Origin: Glaucostegus cemiculus
Lineage: Eukaryota
Assembly: GCA_976551045.1 (NCBI GenBank)
Contig: CDPCPM010000033.1
Span: 27,466,001-27,530,000, forward strand
Direction: 5' to 3'
Length of the DNA: 64,000 bases
Positions within the stretch are counted from its first letter, which is position 1, and each line of letters starts with the position of its first letter. This document shows positions 51,275 to 62,969 of this stretch, piece by piece. The notes beneath the pieces were generated by a model, which was not told the DNA's origin, did not search any database, and was given only the letters and a program-made list of their open reading frames with translations. A program made the translations under genes and the position numbers.

Positions 51275-52210
51275 CTTTAAGAATTTAATTTTTGGACAAA
51301 AGAATATCAGAAGCATGCACTAAGAAAATATAAAATAGCAATGCACATAACATTAAATGCAAGGATACAAATAATACATAAACAGTTCATCATCTTGTGG
51401 CAATCACATAAATTATAATGCACCATGAATTTAGTATACATAAATTAAACCTCATGCAGCCTACTTAATAATTCAAGTAGAAATGCTTCACTGCACACTA
51501 AATATTTTAATAACTAACTCTCAATGAACCCAAATGAAAATGACAATTTTTTTCCTGAGACAACTTATGGTGTGATTACTTCTGGCAACAATGTGCACAT
51601 GATTTATGCACACTACCCCAGATATAGTAAAAACAGAAAATGCTGAAAAAACTTAGGTGTGCAGGTTAAGCACATCTATAGAAAGAGCAACAGTTTATGT
51701 TTCAAGTCAGACAACCTTCATCAAAATTGAGAAAGAGGGAAATAACTTAGTCTAAATAGCTGAAAATGTGGGGGAGGGCAATAGGTCAAATAAAGAGGGC
51801 TTTATTGCCCTTAACAGCTGCACATTTTCACCCTGTCAGAGAAATTCCCTTTGTTATACCTATTCCCCTCCCCCACCTTCTCTGTAACCTAATTTGTTTC
51901 TCTCTTGTTCAGTTGTGATGAAGATCCTTGGACCTGAAATGTTAACTGTTTCTCATTTCACAGATGTGCATAACCTGCTGAGTGTTTGCAGCATTTTCTG
52001 CTTAGGGAAGTGAATTCTGTACATAAATCATGTGCACATTGTATTTTCAGTTATTATTTCTAGCATCTACAGTTTTATGCTTCATCATACAATTTCTAAT
52101 TCAATATGTCCACTAAATGTAATGACAAAGTAAACAAAACAAATTACAAAATACAAATCAGGAGCCACCATAAATGCACAAGACATGAGCATATATACAA
52201 ACACAAACAG

Positions 52211-52226
52211 ACACACACACACACAC

Positions 52227-52262
<36 letters not shown>
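52211..52262. repeat. Interrupted (CA)n microsatellite about 80 nt downstream of a PEVK donor
   Basis: Seen directly. Confidence 0.95.
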
Positions 52263-52265
<3 letters not shown>

Positions 52266-52339
52266 GAGTAAAGCTAACTGATGATGTGGTCACTTTTTCA
52301 AGGAATCTGTTTAAAATTATGGTATGCATATTCCCATAC

Positions 52340-52414
52340 CTTTCATTGAAGGAACTTCTTCCTTTCTTGAAACAGTAATTGGCTTAACTTCATCAGAAAT
52401 AGGCTTCTTGAACA
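52340..52414 (-). CDS. ttn: PEVK exon (VFKKPISDEVKPITVSRKEEVPSMK)
   Basis: 75 nt, ttaaag/GTATGG. Confidence 0.85.
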
Positions 52415-53161
52415 CTTTAAAGAACATTATTAATTTTAGATGAAATGCGTTGAAATTAATGGAAATTTTCTGAAAGATGTTTGAAAAGTGAAACGGAACA
52501 TAGAGAACAAACATATAGTATACAAATTAGACCACAGGGCACAATCAACTGATAAGAAGAATGTATGTGGCAAATGAACTCCCATGATCTCGAATCTCAT
52601 ACTTCAATTAAATACTAATACCAAAACCTATTTTCAAAAAGTTACAACATATAATTGAAAAGCAAATAAAAATTCTTGAGGCAGGAAGAGTAAAAACAAT
52701 ATAGAGTTCACTCCTTTTTTGATGGCATTAAGTTCTGCCTTAAAACTATTGTTTCCTATTATTTTAATTGATGACCTGGTCAAAAATATTAACAAACCAG
52801 TGATTTTGGTCACTGTGTACATTTTTCACATAAACTTCCACTTGTAATATGTTCACTAACTTCCTTGGGAGTTTCAGAAAATGAAAATAAAATAATTTTC
52901 TTATCAGTATTGATTCAGTAAAAATGCCAAATTTGAAGTAAATTAAAGAAATACAATGTTACATTAAATCTGACTAAATAAAATATGTTGAAGTCACTGA
53001 ACTGGGCATAAATACGTTTTCCTTCCTACAATTCTTGGGTAATATTGCCTATAATTCCATTAGTAACAGCTGCTTTCTGACAGTCTATCCTAATATTATT
53101 CCTGAAATGTAATCCTACACAATGTGCAGTACTAATCAAGATAACATAACTGTATTTCTAC

Positions 53162-53236
53162 CTTTTCGATGACTAATTTCATCTTCCTCCATAATAATAT
53201 CAGTAATTTCTTCATGTGTCTGGGATATTTCGGTCA
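53162..53236 (-). CDS. ttn: PEVK exon (VTEISQTHEEITDIIMEEDEISHRK)
   Basis: 75 nt, ttaaag/GTAGAA, phase 1-1. Confidence 0.8.
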
Positions 53237-55431
53237 CTTTAAAAGAGATATATCCTATTAGTTAGTTTTCAGCGGGAGCATATGTAGTACATGATAACAA
53301 CTGAGACAAGACAGTATAAGTTTACAAACTAAGATAATTTTACATTTATTAATATAAATTGAGCAAAAAAAGCTATTTATGTTCATTTGTTCTTAGAAAT
53401 TCGTGTAACAGCGAATGATGATCTCAGATTAGGAACTGACTTGAGGGAGGTTTAAAAAAGATAACTAAATTATTAATAGAGATTGATATCTGGTCATCAA
53501 TTAAAGTTACTCAGGCATCCTGTCATTTCGACTAATTTAGCCTTACTATAGTCATACTCAATGTCCCCTCAAAGTCAGTTTTCTCGCTATTAACATACAT
53601 TCCTGTTTAAAGGAAAGTGTTCTTAAATAAATTATCATGCATAAAAAATTGTCACCTGCTCAGAATATTGTTTTTTAAATATCAGAAATTACACATTAGG
53701 TTTTACTGATAAATTGGTTTCTTACATTAAACCACTTAGATGGTAAAATTGTATTTTTAATGAGCCAGCATGGAATCTCCATCTGTGCATCTATATTAGC
53801 AGTGCTGGTTTCTAATGAACAGAATTTAAACATGTGAAACATGAATGACACAGAGATAGCCTTTGTGTCTGCCACTTTTGAGATTTTGGCATAAAATATG
53901 AGGTCAGAGCAGCAACGTCTATGTGCAGGAGAACGCTGGGAATCCACTGAAGTGTACATCAGGCACCTTGACCTTTTTAAGAACTCCAATGCTCACCTCA
54001 ATTTTTATTGTAACATCCTAAAAGCTGCTGAAGAATGGTAAACACAGAGATGTAATGCTGCAGGCCACTATGTACCCACATTCACCCATGGCCAGTTGAC
54101 TTTACAAAGCTTCAAGGCTTATATGAGGGTGAGATATGCATTGAAGCCCATTTAAATTTCCAGGGTTCTGATTTGGAAGCTGCATCAGGTTACTAAATTG
54201 GAGGTTGCAGATTTCTGATTTAATGTAGTTTGAGCGTGGGGACAATTTCTGCCAAGCATAATTTCAGTTTAGCATCAATTGACTCAAAAAAGTTGGCATG
54301 GGCAAGGGACGCTATTGGGGCCAACTGGATAAACAATTGTTTCCAGAGTGTACAAGTGCATTGGCATGCTGGCTGGGGTGAGGGGAAGGTTGGGGAGGGA
54401 GTGCATGGGTTGTGGATGGTGGAAGAGATGATCCAGTTGAGACAACTGTCATAAACATGATCCGCTGATAAAATAATTCCTAGTCAAGAGAAAAGGGCAG
54501 AAAACAGATAAAAACACAGAAATTTAGATTATGGGCTGGATTTTCCTGAGGTATATTGGCAATTCCATGTACAACTGCAGGTAATTCCTCACAAATGTAA
54601 CAGAATGCTACAGACTCCTGCAGATATTTGTTGAGTTTTGTAAACTATGCTACACTGTTAGATTGCTTGTGGTGGGCAGCTTGGTGTTATTCCACGCATT
54701 TCCATCAGACCAGTACTTACAAGATAATTGAATTTGCTCATAAATCCCTTACTTGGAGATGCTTATATGGTAAAATTCTGGCAATTTGGTGCAGAACTGG
54801 AGGTATTTCCCAGTACTTAATGTACTAAAGTTTTCCCCCCTTCCTCTTGCAAACTAGGATCTGACTTTAATCTTTTGAAGGTAGTATTAACTGAATGGCC
54901 ATATGTTAAATGCATGCCTGGTTTTCCTTTTAAGGTCATTGAAAAGGAAAATCAAGTATGATGCCTAAAGGCCAGCCAATCCAATACTTCCAATTTTTCA
55001 TCGCTTACAAAAGTAGAAATTACTTCTGCATACAACCTTAAACATTATAACCTTAAACATTACAAATATTTCTCAAAAGGCCAAATGAAAGGTGCCGAAA
55101 CTTCAACCGTCCAGTTCCCCTTACAGGTGCTGTCTGACCTTCTGAGTTCCTATAGCAGCTTTTTTTTTTCCTCGAAAGGCATCTTGTTGTAAATACTCTT
55201 TGACATTTTGATAGAAGTAACCATATTTTCTTAATTGTACAGTACTTGTAAAACTGTTTAGGTGTAGTTGACTAGAGGACTTCAGAAAAATCCAAAATGT
55301 CCTTAAGACCTTACTACAACAAGAATAAATTATATAACAGTAGTATGTTTAAATAATGCTGTTTTGGAATGCTTGATTAAGATTCAGTAATTTCTACAGC
55401 TTATTAAAACCAGAAGTATGAAATACATTAC

Positions 55432-55455
55432 CTATTTCTTCTGTCCATTCTTCTT
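55432..55455 (-). CDS. ttn: Titin 24-nt acidic microexon (EEEWTEEI)
   Basis: tttttaacag acceptor, GTAATG donor, phase 1-1, EEW motif as in PEVK E-rich segments. Confidence 0.7.
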   Translation of the reverse strand, partial: KKNGQKK

Positions 55456-55739
55456 CTGTTAAAAAGATAAGGAAAAATATGTAAATATCCAATAATACCA
55501 ACATAATTAAGGAGGATGCATCTATACAGCTAAACTAAAAAGAATACATAGGGAGATACAGGAAAGACAACACAACAAAAATATTTTTAAAAAATCCTTT
55601 GCAAGTTAAATTTAGGAAAAAAATTGCAATGGCTTCTAAATTTGATGACATCAAAAACATGCGAAAGGATCAATATGTACATTGAACTTGTAAGTGAAGC
55701 TGATGTGGCAAATGTGAAGAATGAGAGCAATCAACAAAT

Positions 55740-55805
55740 TTTTCAATCACTATCATGGAGGCCTTGGTGAAGGAGTTGGGAAATAACAAGAGGTCTCTTT
55801 TCCCG
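55740..55805 (+). mobile_element. Possible Harbinger Myb/SANT N-terminal relic
   Basis: FSITIMEALVKELGNNKRSLFP resembles the FS...LEALVEEV..RR.VLFP pattern. Confidence 0.4.
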
Positions 55806-56122
55806 GAGGATCACAAAACCACATAATATCAATAAAAGCAACTTCAGGTAGTACATCCTCACAAATGCACCACCATGATGATACTCAATTCATCTCGCCC
55901 CATCATTCATTTATGCTTGAAGAGCATACCCAATGAAATATTTAACCCATTGGGAACCCTGATAGAAGGTCAATGTTAAATGCTGATGTGCATGCAGGCA
56001 ATAGTACAGGTCTTTATGCATAGCTTGAACTCCATCCTTTGCACTATGGAAGCAGTGGCCAACCCCATAAGCAGCTTTCAGATCCAATCACAATTCAGCA
56101 TTTAAAGGGCAATGTTGCAACT

Positions 56123-56875
56123 TAAGAACATAGAATACTACAGCACAGTACAGGACCTTCAGCCCACAATGTTGTGTCAACATTTTATCCTGCTCTAAGA
56201 TAAATCTAACCCTTCCATCCCACATGGCCCCCCATTTCTCTATCATTCATGTGTCTATCTAAGAGTCTCTTAAATGTCCCTAATGTAGCTCCCCTTACAA
56301 CCTCTGCCGGCAGTGCGTTCCACATACCCATCACTCTCTATGTAAAAAGCTTAACCCTGACATCCCCCTTATATCTTCCTCCAATCATCTTAAAATTATG
56401 CCCCCTTGCGTTAGTTATTTTCACCCTGGGAAAAAGTCTCTGACTGTCCACTTGATCTATGTCTCTTATCATCCTGTACACCTCTATCAAGTCACCTCTC
56501 ATCCTCCTTCTCTCCAAAGAGAAAAGCCCTAGCTCACTCAACCTATCCTCATAAGACATGCTCTCAAATTAGACAGCATCCTGGTAAATCTCCTCTGCAC
56601 CTTCTCTAAGGCTTCCATATCCTTCCTATAATGAGGCACTAGAACTGAACACAATACTCCAGGTGTGGTCTAACCAGAGTTCAATAGAGCTGCAACATTT
56701 CCTCGCAGTTCTTGAACTCAATACCATGACTAATGAAGGCCAACACACCATACACCTTCTTAAAAACCCTATCAACCTGCGCGGCAAGCTTGAGGGATCT
56801 CTGGACATGGACCCCAAGACCCTTCTGTTCCTCCACACTGCTAAGAGTCCTGCCATTTACCTTGTATTCCATTGC
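56123..56875 (-). mobile_element. CR1-clade LINE 3' portion
   Basis: ORFs MSYEDRLSELGLFSLERRRMRGDLIEVY and EYKVNGRTLSSVEEQKGLGVHV; agaacatagaa tail. Confidence 0.93.
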
Positions 56876-57544
56876 ATATCAGTAGCCTGAGTCTTACAGT
56901 AGAAGAGTAAGGTTGACCATTATGATTCATGTAAAGATGATAGTCATCTTATTTCTGACAGATTACTGCGATTGCCAGGGTGCAGAATTAGCAGAGTGGC
57001 AGTACCTCTATGGAGCATGAACTTGCAATTACTCTATCAAGTAGGCAGCAACCATCCTCCCACTCCTGCCAGTTCACTAGGTTTTGCTGTCATCTATCAA
57101 CCAGTCAGTACAGACTAGAGTACCCATGTGGAGATGATGCAATCAACAACTTCCAATAATTTCCAGGCCCAATTCCCCTCATGGTCATCATCTAAAGCAA
57201 TCTCTAGCCTCTTTCTCTGACAGTTCAGCAACCTTTACTGCAGCTACTGAGGTTGTACTGTGCAATAGCACAAAGACTGCCAAAGGCTTAAAGAAGGCAC
57301 CAAAGAAATGGATATGGGTAACTAGTTGACTGGAAGTAAGAAAAAAATGACATTTTTTATTATAATTTTGATTTGAAATTATTATTTTGTGTTAGTTTTA
57401 ACATTGCAATGTGACTAGGTTGTAATATAATGTTAAATGATAGTGGGAAGGTAAGGTGTGGAACTAAGGGAATGAAAAAATGCCATTGTGTTTACTGGAA
57501 TCACACATGATTGAGTTCTTATTGGACAGTACAGGCATGGATAG

Positions 57545-57745
57545 GCTGCAAAAGTTGCCTCTCACTTCTTTTTGTTTCCTCTTCCTCTCCCCACATCTCC
57601 TCCTCATTCTCCATCTCCTGATCTTCAATTATTCTCATTATAGCCATAAACAAGCACTGAGATCTTGTTTTGCTGAAGTTATGCAGTAATTAGCACACCA
57701 CCATGAATGTCAGCACTTGTATGTTGAGTAATACAAAGCTTCTTC
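57545..57745 (-). mobile_element. Harbinger transposase C-terminal relic with acidic tail
   Basis: ALYYS / VLTFMVVC*LLHNFSKTRSQ...EDQEMENEEEMWGEEEE. Confidence 0.7.
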
Positions 57746-58013
57746 AGACGAACCCAAGGACCAAAAGCATTATATCAGCATAGCTATGGTCTACTTTGAT
57801 ACATGGAGGTTGGACTCCAGATTAGACTGATGGCTGATGACAATGATCAGTTGCACTCTGGACTTCATGGACTCAGATTTATGGAATAGACTGGAGGTCA
57901 GGTAAAGGCACTCTGTCCATTTTCATCACTGAGTCAGAGACATTTAGAAGCAATGGGAAAGGCCTTAACAGCCCAAAAAATAATGCACTATGTGAAAAAG
58001 GTAAGCACAGCTC

Positions 58014-58015
<2 letters not shown>

Positions 58016-58065
<50 letters not shown>

Positions 58066-58087
58066 GTGTGTGTGTGTGTATGTGTGT
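58016..58087. repeat. (GT)n microsatellite
   Basis: Seen directly. Confidence 0.97.
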
Positions 58088-58657
58088 TGGGTGTGGGTAG
58101 TGGAGCGGTGAATTTGACACTTGGGCTATATCTACTGAGACCCAGCCCATCACCCTATTCTTGCTGTGTGCACTGAAATCACCAGGCACTGCATCAGCCA
58201 ATAGGCCTCGATTTCTGTGTCTATTCTTTCCTTGGTTTATGGGATTTAAGTGCACAATGAACTGTTGCAGATTGCAACCAGAATACCAGGCAATGACTGG
58301 CATGATCACACATCAGCTAGTTATTAATGGCAACCTGTGTAATTGAATGTCTTTAGTTGCTGGGTTCTTGCAATATAGAAAGCTCCATTAATAGATTGTA
58401 TTAGCAAACTCTGTTTGTGCAACAGTTGACAGCAAACATCAGGATATAAAAACCTTCAACTGCAGCCTGGATTAAGCTACATGTAATCCAGAACACAGAA
58501 AGATTCACTGCCCTGTTAACCTGGACATTCACAATTAAATATCTTAAATAAAATAGAAAATTCCAAGTATTTCAATTATGTTCTGCTTCATGCTAGTTGG
58601 TAGCACTTGTCTGTCAATAAGAAAGTTATCAGTTTAAGTCCCACTACAAAGAAAGAG

Positions 58658-58935
58658 AAGGCACAGTGGTGCTGCAGTTAATCCTGCTGCCTCACAGTTC
58701 CAGAGACCTGGGTTTGATCTTGATCTTGGGTGTACTCTAAACAGATTTTAAGTGTACTCCCCCTGTCAGCATGGGTTCTGATGGTAGATTAATTTACTAT
58801 TGCTAATTACCAATTGGTGTAGGTTAAAGACAAAAAGAATCAAAGGGAAGTTGATGGGTGGGTGAAAGAGAATTAAGTTGCAGGGATACAAGGAAGCAAG
58901 AAGAGTGGGAATGGGACTAATCTTGGAATGACACT
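58658..58935 (+). mobile_element. Degenerate tRNA-derived SINE
   Basis: ggcacagtgg..gctgcctcacagttccagagacctgggtttgatc head with A/B-box-like motifs. Confidence 0.6.
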
Positions 58936-59229
58936 TCAGAGCAGTAAAGACATGATTTTGTAATCTCATGAGCACTCTCTTCTGGATGGGACATTAAACT
59001 GTCTGTTTTCGCAGGTGGTTACAAAAGATGCCTAAACATTTCTTTGAAGCAGTAGCTCTTATACCTCCTTCAACAGACTAAAGTAGGGGATCTGGTCATT
59101 ATCACTGTTAGTTGGAGCTTGTGAGAATTTGGGCTATCATATTTCCTATATTATTACAGAGACTAAATGTTTCTCTCTGGCCAAGCTTTGGAGCATCCTG
59201 AAATAAATACTTTTGTTTTCTTTTTTCCT

Positions 59230-59450
59230 TTTCTTTAATGGCAAAATTACTTTTACTCTAATCGGAGGTGGCAGCTATAGTTAAGGCAGGTGGTAGGTTT
59301 CCCTGAGGACATCTTTAGTTAAGGGCACTTGTCTCAAATATTGTCTTTTCACGAGTTTTGCGTAGATGGACTGCTCCTTGAAAACCTGAAGAGATATAAC
59401 TTACTAATGAGAATTCTTTTCTACGTCCTTCTCCCTCTTCTAGCAGTTTT
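59230..59450 (-). mobile_element. Harbinger transposase N-terminal relic
   Basis: RRGRR...VFKEQSIYAKLVKRQYLRQVPLTKDVLRETYHL resembles the VFRE..SYL.L...QC.RRLRFTKEV..E.CHL pattern. Confidence 0.6.
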
Positions 59451-60078
59451 GTCTGCTCTGGATACCCTCTGCTCATTCTCTCAGTTATGCAAGGGGGATA
59501 TCTACTAATGAAACCGTTTTATGAAGAATCCTGAAGTGAGCAAGAAAATCAGTATCTAATACAGTGCACTTCTAATTCTATGAACCAAGTCAAGAAAGCA
59601 TCAAATGAATGTAGAATCATAGCAACACCAAGGAAAAAATGATTGATAACTAATCATTAAAGACCAGATAATTATTTTAAATAATGTTGGTGCAGTGGGA
59701 ACATAGTTAACTAGAACAAGAAATTCAAAACCAGCAGCATTGCATGTTGTCTGACATCATGATTTGCTTGCTCTGCATACTTCCAAAAGGGGCTCAGTAA
59801 ATACATTTATGCTATTATCTCACCAATACAGCTGCTGCAATCAAAATCACCACTGTGACTACCTACAACCCAGGCTCCATCCCAACCTTGCTCCACTAGC
59901 CTTGTTTACACTACCAGTATCCAAATAAGCCCAAGCACTCTGGGCACATTTGTTTATCCAACTAGTCTCAGAAATGTCCAATCAATAGCTCTTTCCTATC
60001 CTAATTACGTAGCAATAAATTCTTCAGTTGAGCCCAGACTTACTTGATGCTGGATTCCTAACTTAAATGCTGTTTTAC

Positions 60079-60123
60079 CTGTAAATGTTTTTCTTTCAAA
60101 TGGAATTCCAATATCAGGAACAT
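60079..60123 (-). CDS. ttn: Titin 45-nt exon (DVPDIGIPFERKTFT)
   Basis: ttcttcag acceptor, GTAAAA donor, phase 1-1; resembles mammalian DIPDSRVPIP. Confidence 0.8.
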
Positions 60124-60565
60124 CTGAAGAATACAAAAGGAATATGAATTTTTTTAGGTCTTTGATCCTGTGGATTTATTTTATTAATATTTTTGAACAA
60201 CATTGCATGAAATTAAACTTCCAACTAGCATTTTAACTGTTGAATCCCAGCAACATTTTGAGAAAATGTAAACAAAATATTTAACATCAATGATAAAGTG
60301 ATGTTAAAAGTAGCTTTTAAATTATTCATTAGCAGCATAACACTTGAAATACATATTCTATTACATATTACATATAAATCATACATATTTTAAGAGCAGC
60401 ATATTTGTTATTTAATATAGGTATTTTTATCATTAACAAACTTCTAACAGTTCATTAACAGTTAACTAAGAGAGGTGATGAACACAGTTGAACCCCTTCA
60501 TGATTTATCCTTATGTTAATGAAAATTTAACAACTGTAATATGAAATGTTTAGAAGAGTTCATAC

Positions 60566-60592
60566 CAGGTTTCCTTGGCTGTAAGATGATTT
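60566..60592 (-). CDS. ttn: Titin 27-nt microexon (EIILQPRKP)
   Basis: ttacag acceptor, GTATGA donor, phase 1-1; positional counterpart of mammalian EIKLELKPP. Confidence 0.85.
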
Positions 60593-60685
60593 CTGTAATG
60601 AACAGATTTTAAATGAGGTAAATACATAAATTAGTAAAGGAAACATCATACTGTCACTGAAAAAATGCATTAAAGTCATATGTAC

Positions 60686-60763
60686 CTTGACTTGATACGT
60701 AAAGTTCTGCAGTACTTTTAGCTTCACCTCTTGGTTCAAGTTGAGCAATTACAGAATAAACAC
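60686..60763 (-). CDS. ttn: Titin exon: Ig I83 part 2 (GVYSVIAQLEPRGEAKSTAELYVSSQ)
   Basis: 78 nt, phase 1-1, ttcag acceptor, GTACAT donor. Confidence 0.96.
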
Positions 60764-61305
60764 CTGAAGAAAATAAATTTACACTCCAATATTTATCTTT
60801 ATTTTAATTGAAATGAGTATTTCTTGCTATTCCATAATATGTACAGCACAGAAAAAGATTAACCATGACAAAAGACATATATTGATATCTATGGACATGG
60901 GAACAAGTTCCATAATCTATATGGTAGAGAACCTCCTAATTTTGTTATTTGATTATACATGTGGCTCCTAATTTTAGAATACATTACATACAACATTTTA
61001 TCAATTATTTATATTAAACACCTTCATATTTCTGAGTACCTCTATCAGATCACCTGTCACACTTATTCAGTCTTTGTTATTGTTATAACCAGCTCTATTA
61101 CAATTTTTATACTTCTCAGTATCTTCTGTTAACAGGGAGACTAGAATTGAGGACATTTTTATGAGTGTGTTCTGATCAAAGTTTAAAATTAAGCTTAACA
61201 TAACTGGTTTGAATTGCTTCTCTGAAAATTAATCTCAGCAGAGAATCAAAATAAATAAATAATCATTATGATAGAAATAAGATTAACTTATTACAATAAA
61301 CAAAC

Positions 61306-61515
61306 CTTCGTCTTCTGTTGTGACATTGTGGATGGTCATAAAGTGTCGGCGCCCTTCCCTTCTGAAGCTGTATTTTGGACTTTCTTTCAGTACAACTGTA
61401 TCTTTAAACCAGGTTACAATGGCATCGTCAAAGGACACTTCACACTCAAATACAGCTGATTCATGTTCATTCACCACAATATCCTGAATTGTCTTTGTGA
61501 ATTCAATTGGGTGAG
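61306..61515 (-). CDS. ttn: Titin exon: Ig I83 part 1 (AHPIEFTKTIQDIVVNEHESAVFECEVSFDDAIVTW...VTTEDE)
   Basis: 210 nt, phase 1-1; overlaps ORF 61283..61567. Confidence 0.97.
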
Positions 61516-61606
61516 CTATAACATACAAAAGCAGAAACGATGTTCTTATACAAAATCTACTGAGCAAAGTACAATTAGAATAACCCTACTTAATAGAACT
61601 ACAAAC

Positions 61607-61867
61607 CTTGAACCCTTAAATCAGCAGATGTCTCCAGATCTTCAAACTTGCAAGTAAATCGCCCTTGATCCTCTGGCTTCAAGTCACTAATAGTGACTTT
61701 CTGTAACTTATCCACAACATCAATGGAATATCTGCCTCGTCCTTCAATTCTCCTACCATTTCTAAACCACTCAGTTTTTAAATTTGGTAAGGAAAACTGG
61801 CAAACCATGATACAAATATGACCTTCCTTTCCAGAAAGATTTTCAAGGTGCTGTTCCACAATAGGTT
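61607..61867 (-). CDS. ttn: Titin exon: Ig I82 (EPIVEQHLENL...EWFRNGR...EDLETSADLRVQ)
   Basis: 261 nt, phase 1-1; overlaps ORF 61599..61859. Confidence 0.96.
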
Positions 61868-61955
61868 CTGGAGAACAAAAAACAATTTAAGTAAATTAGG
61901 TGAGTTAAAAAGTCTCCAAACAACATTTAGAATTAAAAATATAAATACCACTTAC

Positions 61956-62223
61956 CAACAACAGTCAGTTTAGCACTTGAGATATGTGGGCCACAGACAA
62001 TGCGGAAGTTGCCTTGATCTTGCAGAGCACAATTTCTAACCTTTAGGCGATGAGTATCACCATCAATGCTAATTTCATACTTGCTGTTTGATTCCAATTT
62101 TTCAGTCCCTTTATACCAGGAAAGCTTGATTTCAGGATAGTTTATCTTTATGGCACATTCAAATACTGCATCTGCATTTGTTCGTACAACTTGATCTTCA
62201 ATATCTTTGATTAATTCAATGGG
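61956..62223 (-). CDS. ttn: Titin exon: Ig I81 (PIELIKDIEDQ...KINYPEIKLSWYKGTEKL...VCGPHISSAKLTVV)
   Basis: 268 nt, phase 0 to 1, tgcag acceptor, GTAAG donor. Confidence 0.97.
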
Positions 62224-62333
62224 CTGCAGTGAAAATAAATATTTTTATAAATATTTATTTCAAAAAATACCCAAGGGAGTACCACAGAATATCATTTGAG
62301 GTAGCTATTGCATTATAAAGATGGAAAACTTAC

Positions 62334-62420
62334 CTCAACTTTTTCTATTCTTTGCTGGATATATTGAATTAGTTCATTAAACTCCTCTTCTTCAGGACCT
62401 CGCCCCTGCTCTTCTATCTC
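62334..62420 (-). CDS. ttn: Titin exon: UN2A C-terminal part (EIEEQGRGPEEEEFNELIQYIQQRIEKVE)
   Basis: 87 nt, phase 0-0, taag acceptor, GTAAG donor. Confidence 0.94.
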
Positions 62421-62533
62421 CTTAATAAAGCACCAATGAAAAGTAATGACTCAAGAGCATGGATGTAAGGCATCTATTCTGCATAAAAAAATATAATATG
62501 AACTATGGTAGAAATAAACATAATGTTACGCAC

Positions 62534-62717
62534 AACTCTGTGAGTTTCATCTCCTTTGCTGGCCTTCAGTTGCTCAATAGCTTGTAGGAGACCGCGGAAA
62601 TCTGTAATTCCATACATACGTGCATATTTTTCATATTCCTTAGGATCAACATTCCTTAAAAGTTCTACAATATCAATGTCCTTTTCTGCTTCTTCTTCCT
62701 TTTTCTTGGATGGTGTT
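62534..62717 (-). CDS. ttn: Titin exon: UN2A unique sequence (TPSKKKEEEAEKDIDIVELLRNVDPKEYEKYARMYGITDFRGLLQAIEQLKASKGDETHRV)
   Basis: 184 nt, phase 2 to 0, aaag acceptor, GTGCGT donor; core nearly identical to mammalian UN2A as I recall it. Confidence 0.96.
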
Positions 62718-62969
62718 CTTTTAAAATAAATGGTAAAATTAATTCATTATTAATGCGTTTTTAAGAAGTACATCAAAAATAGATGACTCAATCTAACAAT
62801 ACTAAAATCTGTATATCAAATTCATCATTGAATTTTATCCATCCCATTAATTAGAACAAATCATCATACATGAAGATGCCAAACTGAAGAGAAAGAGAGA
62901 TTTGGTTATATTATGCAAATAAATCAAGTAAATCAACTTTGTTAGCGATTCCCAAATCATAATACTTAC

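Noticed and set aside
28037-58309. ORFs with YIYI, HTHT or VCVC runs
   Set aside because: Translations of microsatellites
59234-59385. Possible alternative terminal exon (ctcttcag acceptor, GFQGAVHLRK...ALN*, ATTAAA downstream) giving a truncated titin
   Set aside because: Another frame of the same DNA reads as a Harbinger transposase N-terminus, which explains the coding-like appearance
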